This document shows positions 62,792 through 64,000 of a stretch of 64,000 bases of DNA, one piece after another. Location: the IMG/VR virus record IMGVR_UViG_3300044731_002337, positions 62,001-126,000 of that record; one strand, 5' to 3'. Within the stretch, counting starts at the first letter, position 1. Every line of letters starts with the position of its first letter. Position numbers and translations under genes: made by a program. The notes beneath the pieces were generated by a model that ran no database searches, was not told where the DNA came from, and was given only the letters and a program-made list of their open reading frames with translations.

Positions 62792-63829
62792 TTAAATAAA
62801 TTCTCCAAGGTCGTGAATGATTGTGGTTGTATTTTCGGATTCGTTTTTTAATTGGGCGTAATCAGTTTCCTTCTTCTCAAAAAAGTTGGTTTTCCCAAGC
62901 AGTCCAATGCTCTTCATAAAGTCGAAGCGGTTTGAGGCATGAGGGTATAATATGGGAGCACCTATTGCGACTAAGAGGGTATTGGCTACACATTGAATGT
63001 ATTCGCACACATGGCGAAAGGGCAGTTGTGGAATGGGATCATCCGAATCCAATAGATGTTGAGCAAATTCACATTCAAATTCAACAAAGTCATGACAAAT
63101 AGCGTGAACTAGTGGGACTGTAAGTTTTTGATGAATTTCTTGGTAGATGAGAATCCAATTGACACAATGTTTGCCTTCATCCGCCATAATGTATTCGTTA
63201 CCTTCGACGAGGCCGTGGCATTTATTGTAAACGTAGCGAACCATGCATAGGTTGAGAAAGGAGGAAGAGAATAGGATACCTTCAGTGAAGAGCATGATGA
63301 CAACGCGAACAGGGAAAGGAGTCTTGTGAGTACAGAATTGTTGGGCCCAATTAAATTTCGGTTGAATGATGGGATCATGATAGACAGAGGAAAATAATAA
63401 TTCTCGTTCTTCAGGATCAGTTACTAATGTTTGAATGACTTGATTGTAGGTTTCAATATGTACCAACTCCATGGTAGCTGCATATTGAAGCATGAATCGT
63501 ATTTCGGGTACTTGAATGTCTTGTACTAGTTCATCAGCTAGACTTTCCAATACCAGGTTATCTGCATTAGCAAAGAAAGCCAAGGTTTTGAGAAGCATAC
63601 GTTGCACATTTTTGGGTAATGTAACAAAGTCTTGGCGATCAGAGGTATAATGAATCATATCTGCTCGCCATACAGATCGTTCTTGTGCCTTGTATTGATC
63701 CCATGCTTTAGGGTATTGAATAGGAAATAATTGGTAACGCTTTGCATGTAATAATGGTTCCAATTCTGGGTTAAAACGAAATGGATCAATGGGGGGTAAA
63801 GAATGGTTTTTGCGCTGATAGGAAAACAT
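62792..63829 (-). CDS. RNR2: Ribonucleotide reductase class Ia small subunit (R2)
   Basis: FFANAD, ELVHIETY (Fe ligands and radical Tyr), EGILFSSSF, DEGKH, KTNFFEK; ATTTCCG 55 nt upstream. Confidence 0.95.
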   Translation of the reverse strand: MFSYQRKNHSLPPIDPFRFNPELEPLLHAKRYQLFPIQYPKAWDQYKAQERSVWRADMIHYTSDRQDFVTLPKNVQRMLLKTLAFFANADNLVLESLADELVQDIQVPEIRFMLQYAATMELVHIETYNQVIQTLVTDPEERELLFSSVYHDPIIQPKFNWAQQFCTHKTPFPVRVVIMLFTEGILFSSSFLNLCMVRYVYNKCHGLVEGNEYIMADEGKHCVNWILIYQEIHQKLTVPLVHAICHDFVEFECEFAQHLLDSDDPIPQLPFRHVCEYIQCVANTLLVAIGAPILYPHASNRFDFMKSIGLLGKTNFFEKKETDYAQLKNESENTTTIIHDLGEFI

Positions 63830-63925
63830 GCCGTGTCTGTTTTTTTTCTTATGTTATGAGATATGACAAAAAAAAATTGGGATCGGAAATATTTTGCTTC
63901 TCATTACCCATGGCAGTATAACAGG

Positions 63926-64000
63926 TTAATGGGCATGATGTTCTATAAGGAGTTTCCTGCGTGATTTTTTGGTGGTTGGAGGTTTAATGGGTATCACGCC
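63926..64000 (-). CDS. Possible 3' end of a gene entering from the window edge
   Basis: Open frame GVIPIKPPTTKKSRRKLLIEHHAH-stop. Confidence 0.3.
   Translation of the reverse strand, partial: GVIPIKPPTTKKSRRKLLIEHHAH

Overview
An AT-rich, very gene-dense window (about 55 CDS, short spacers, mostly ORFans) that reads as part of a giant DNA virus genome (Nucleocytoviricota), either free or endogenised. Supporting markers are VLTF2- and VLTF3-like transcription factors, a D6/D11-like SF2 helicase, an A16/G9/J5-like membrane protein, RNR small subunit, DHFR-TS, a PCNA-like clamp, ankyrin proteins, a T5orf172 nuclease and S74/lectin fibre proteins. All family calls come from motifs recognised by eye; no search was run. 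The stand-out gene is a stripped-down alpha-tubulin (21720..22892) lacking the K40 loop, most of the T7 loop, the S9-S10 insert and the acidic tail. Other highlights: a ubiquitin ending LRLRG-stop (no Gly76) with Skp1-, RING- and USP-like genes; about 11 short GT-AG introns (38-79 nt) that rejoin split ORFs; a (GGATT)TTCCG motif 44-56 nt upstream of many start codons; a 45-bp element directly after two stop codons 34 kb apart; a double zf-4CXXC_R1 protein; a PARG-like macrodomain; and a NifS-type cysteine desulfurase. No rRNA, tRNA or CRISPR array was seen.
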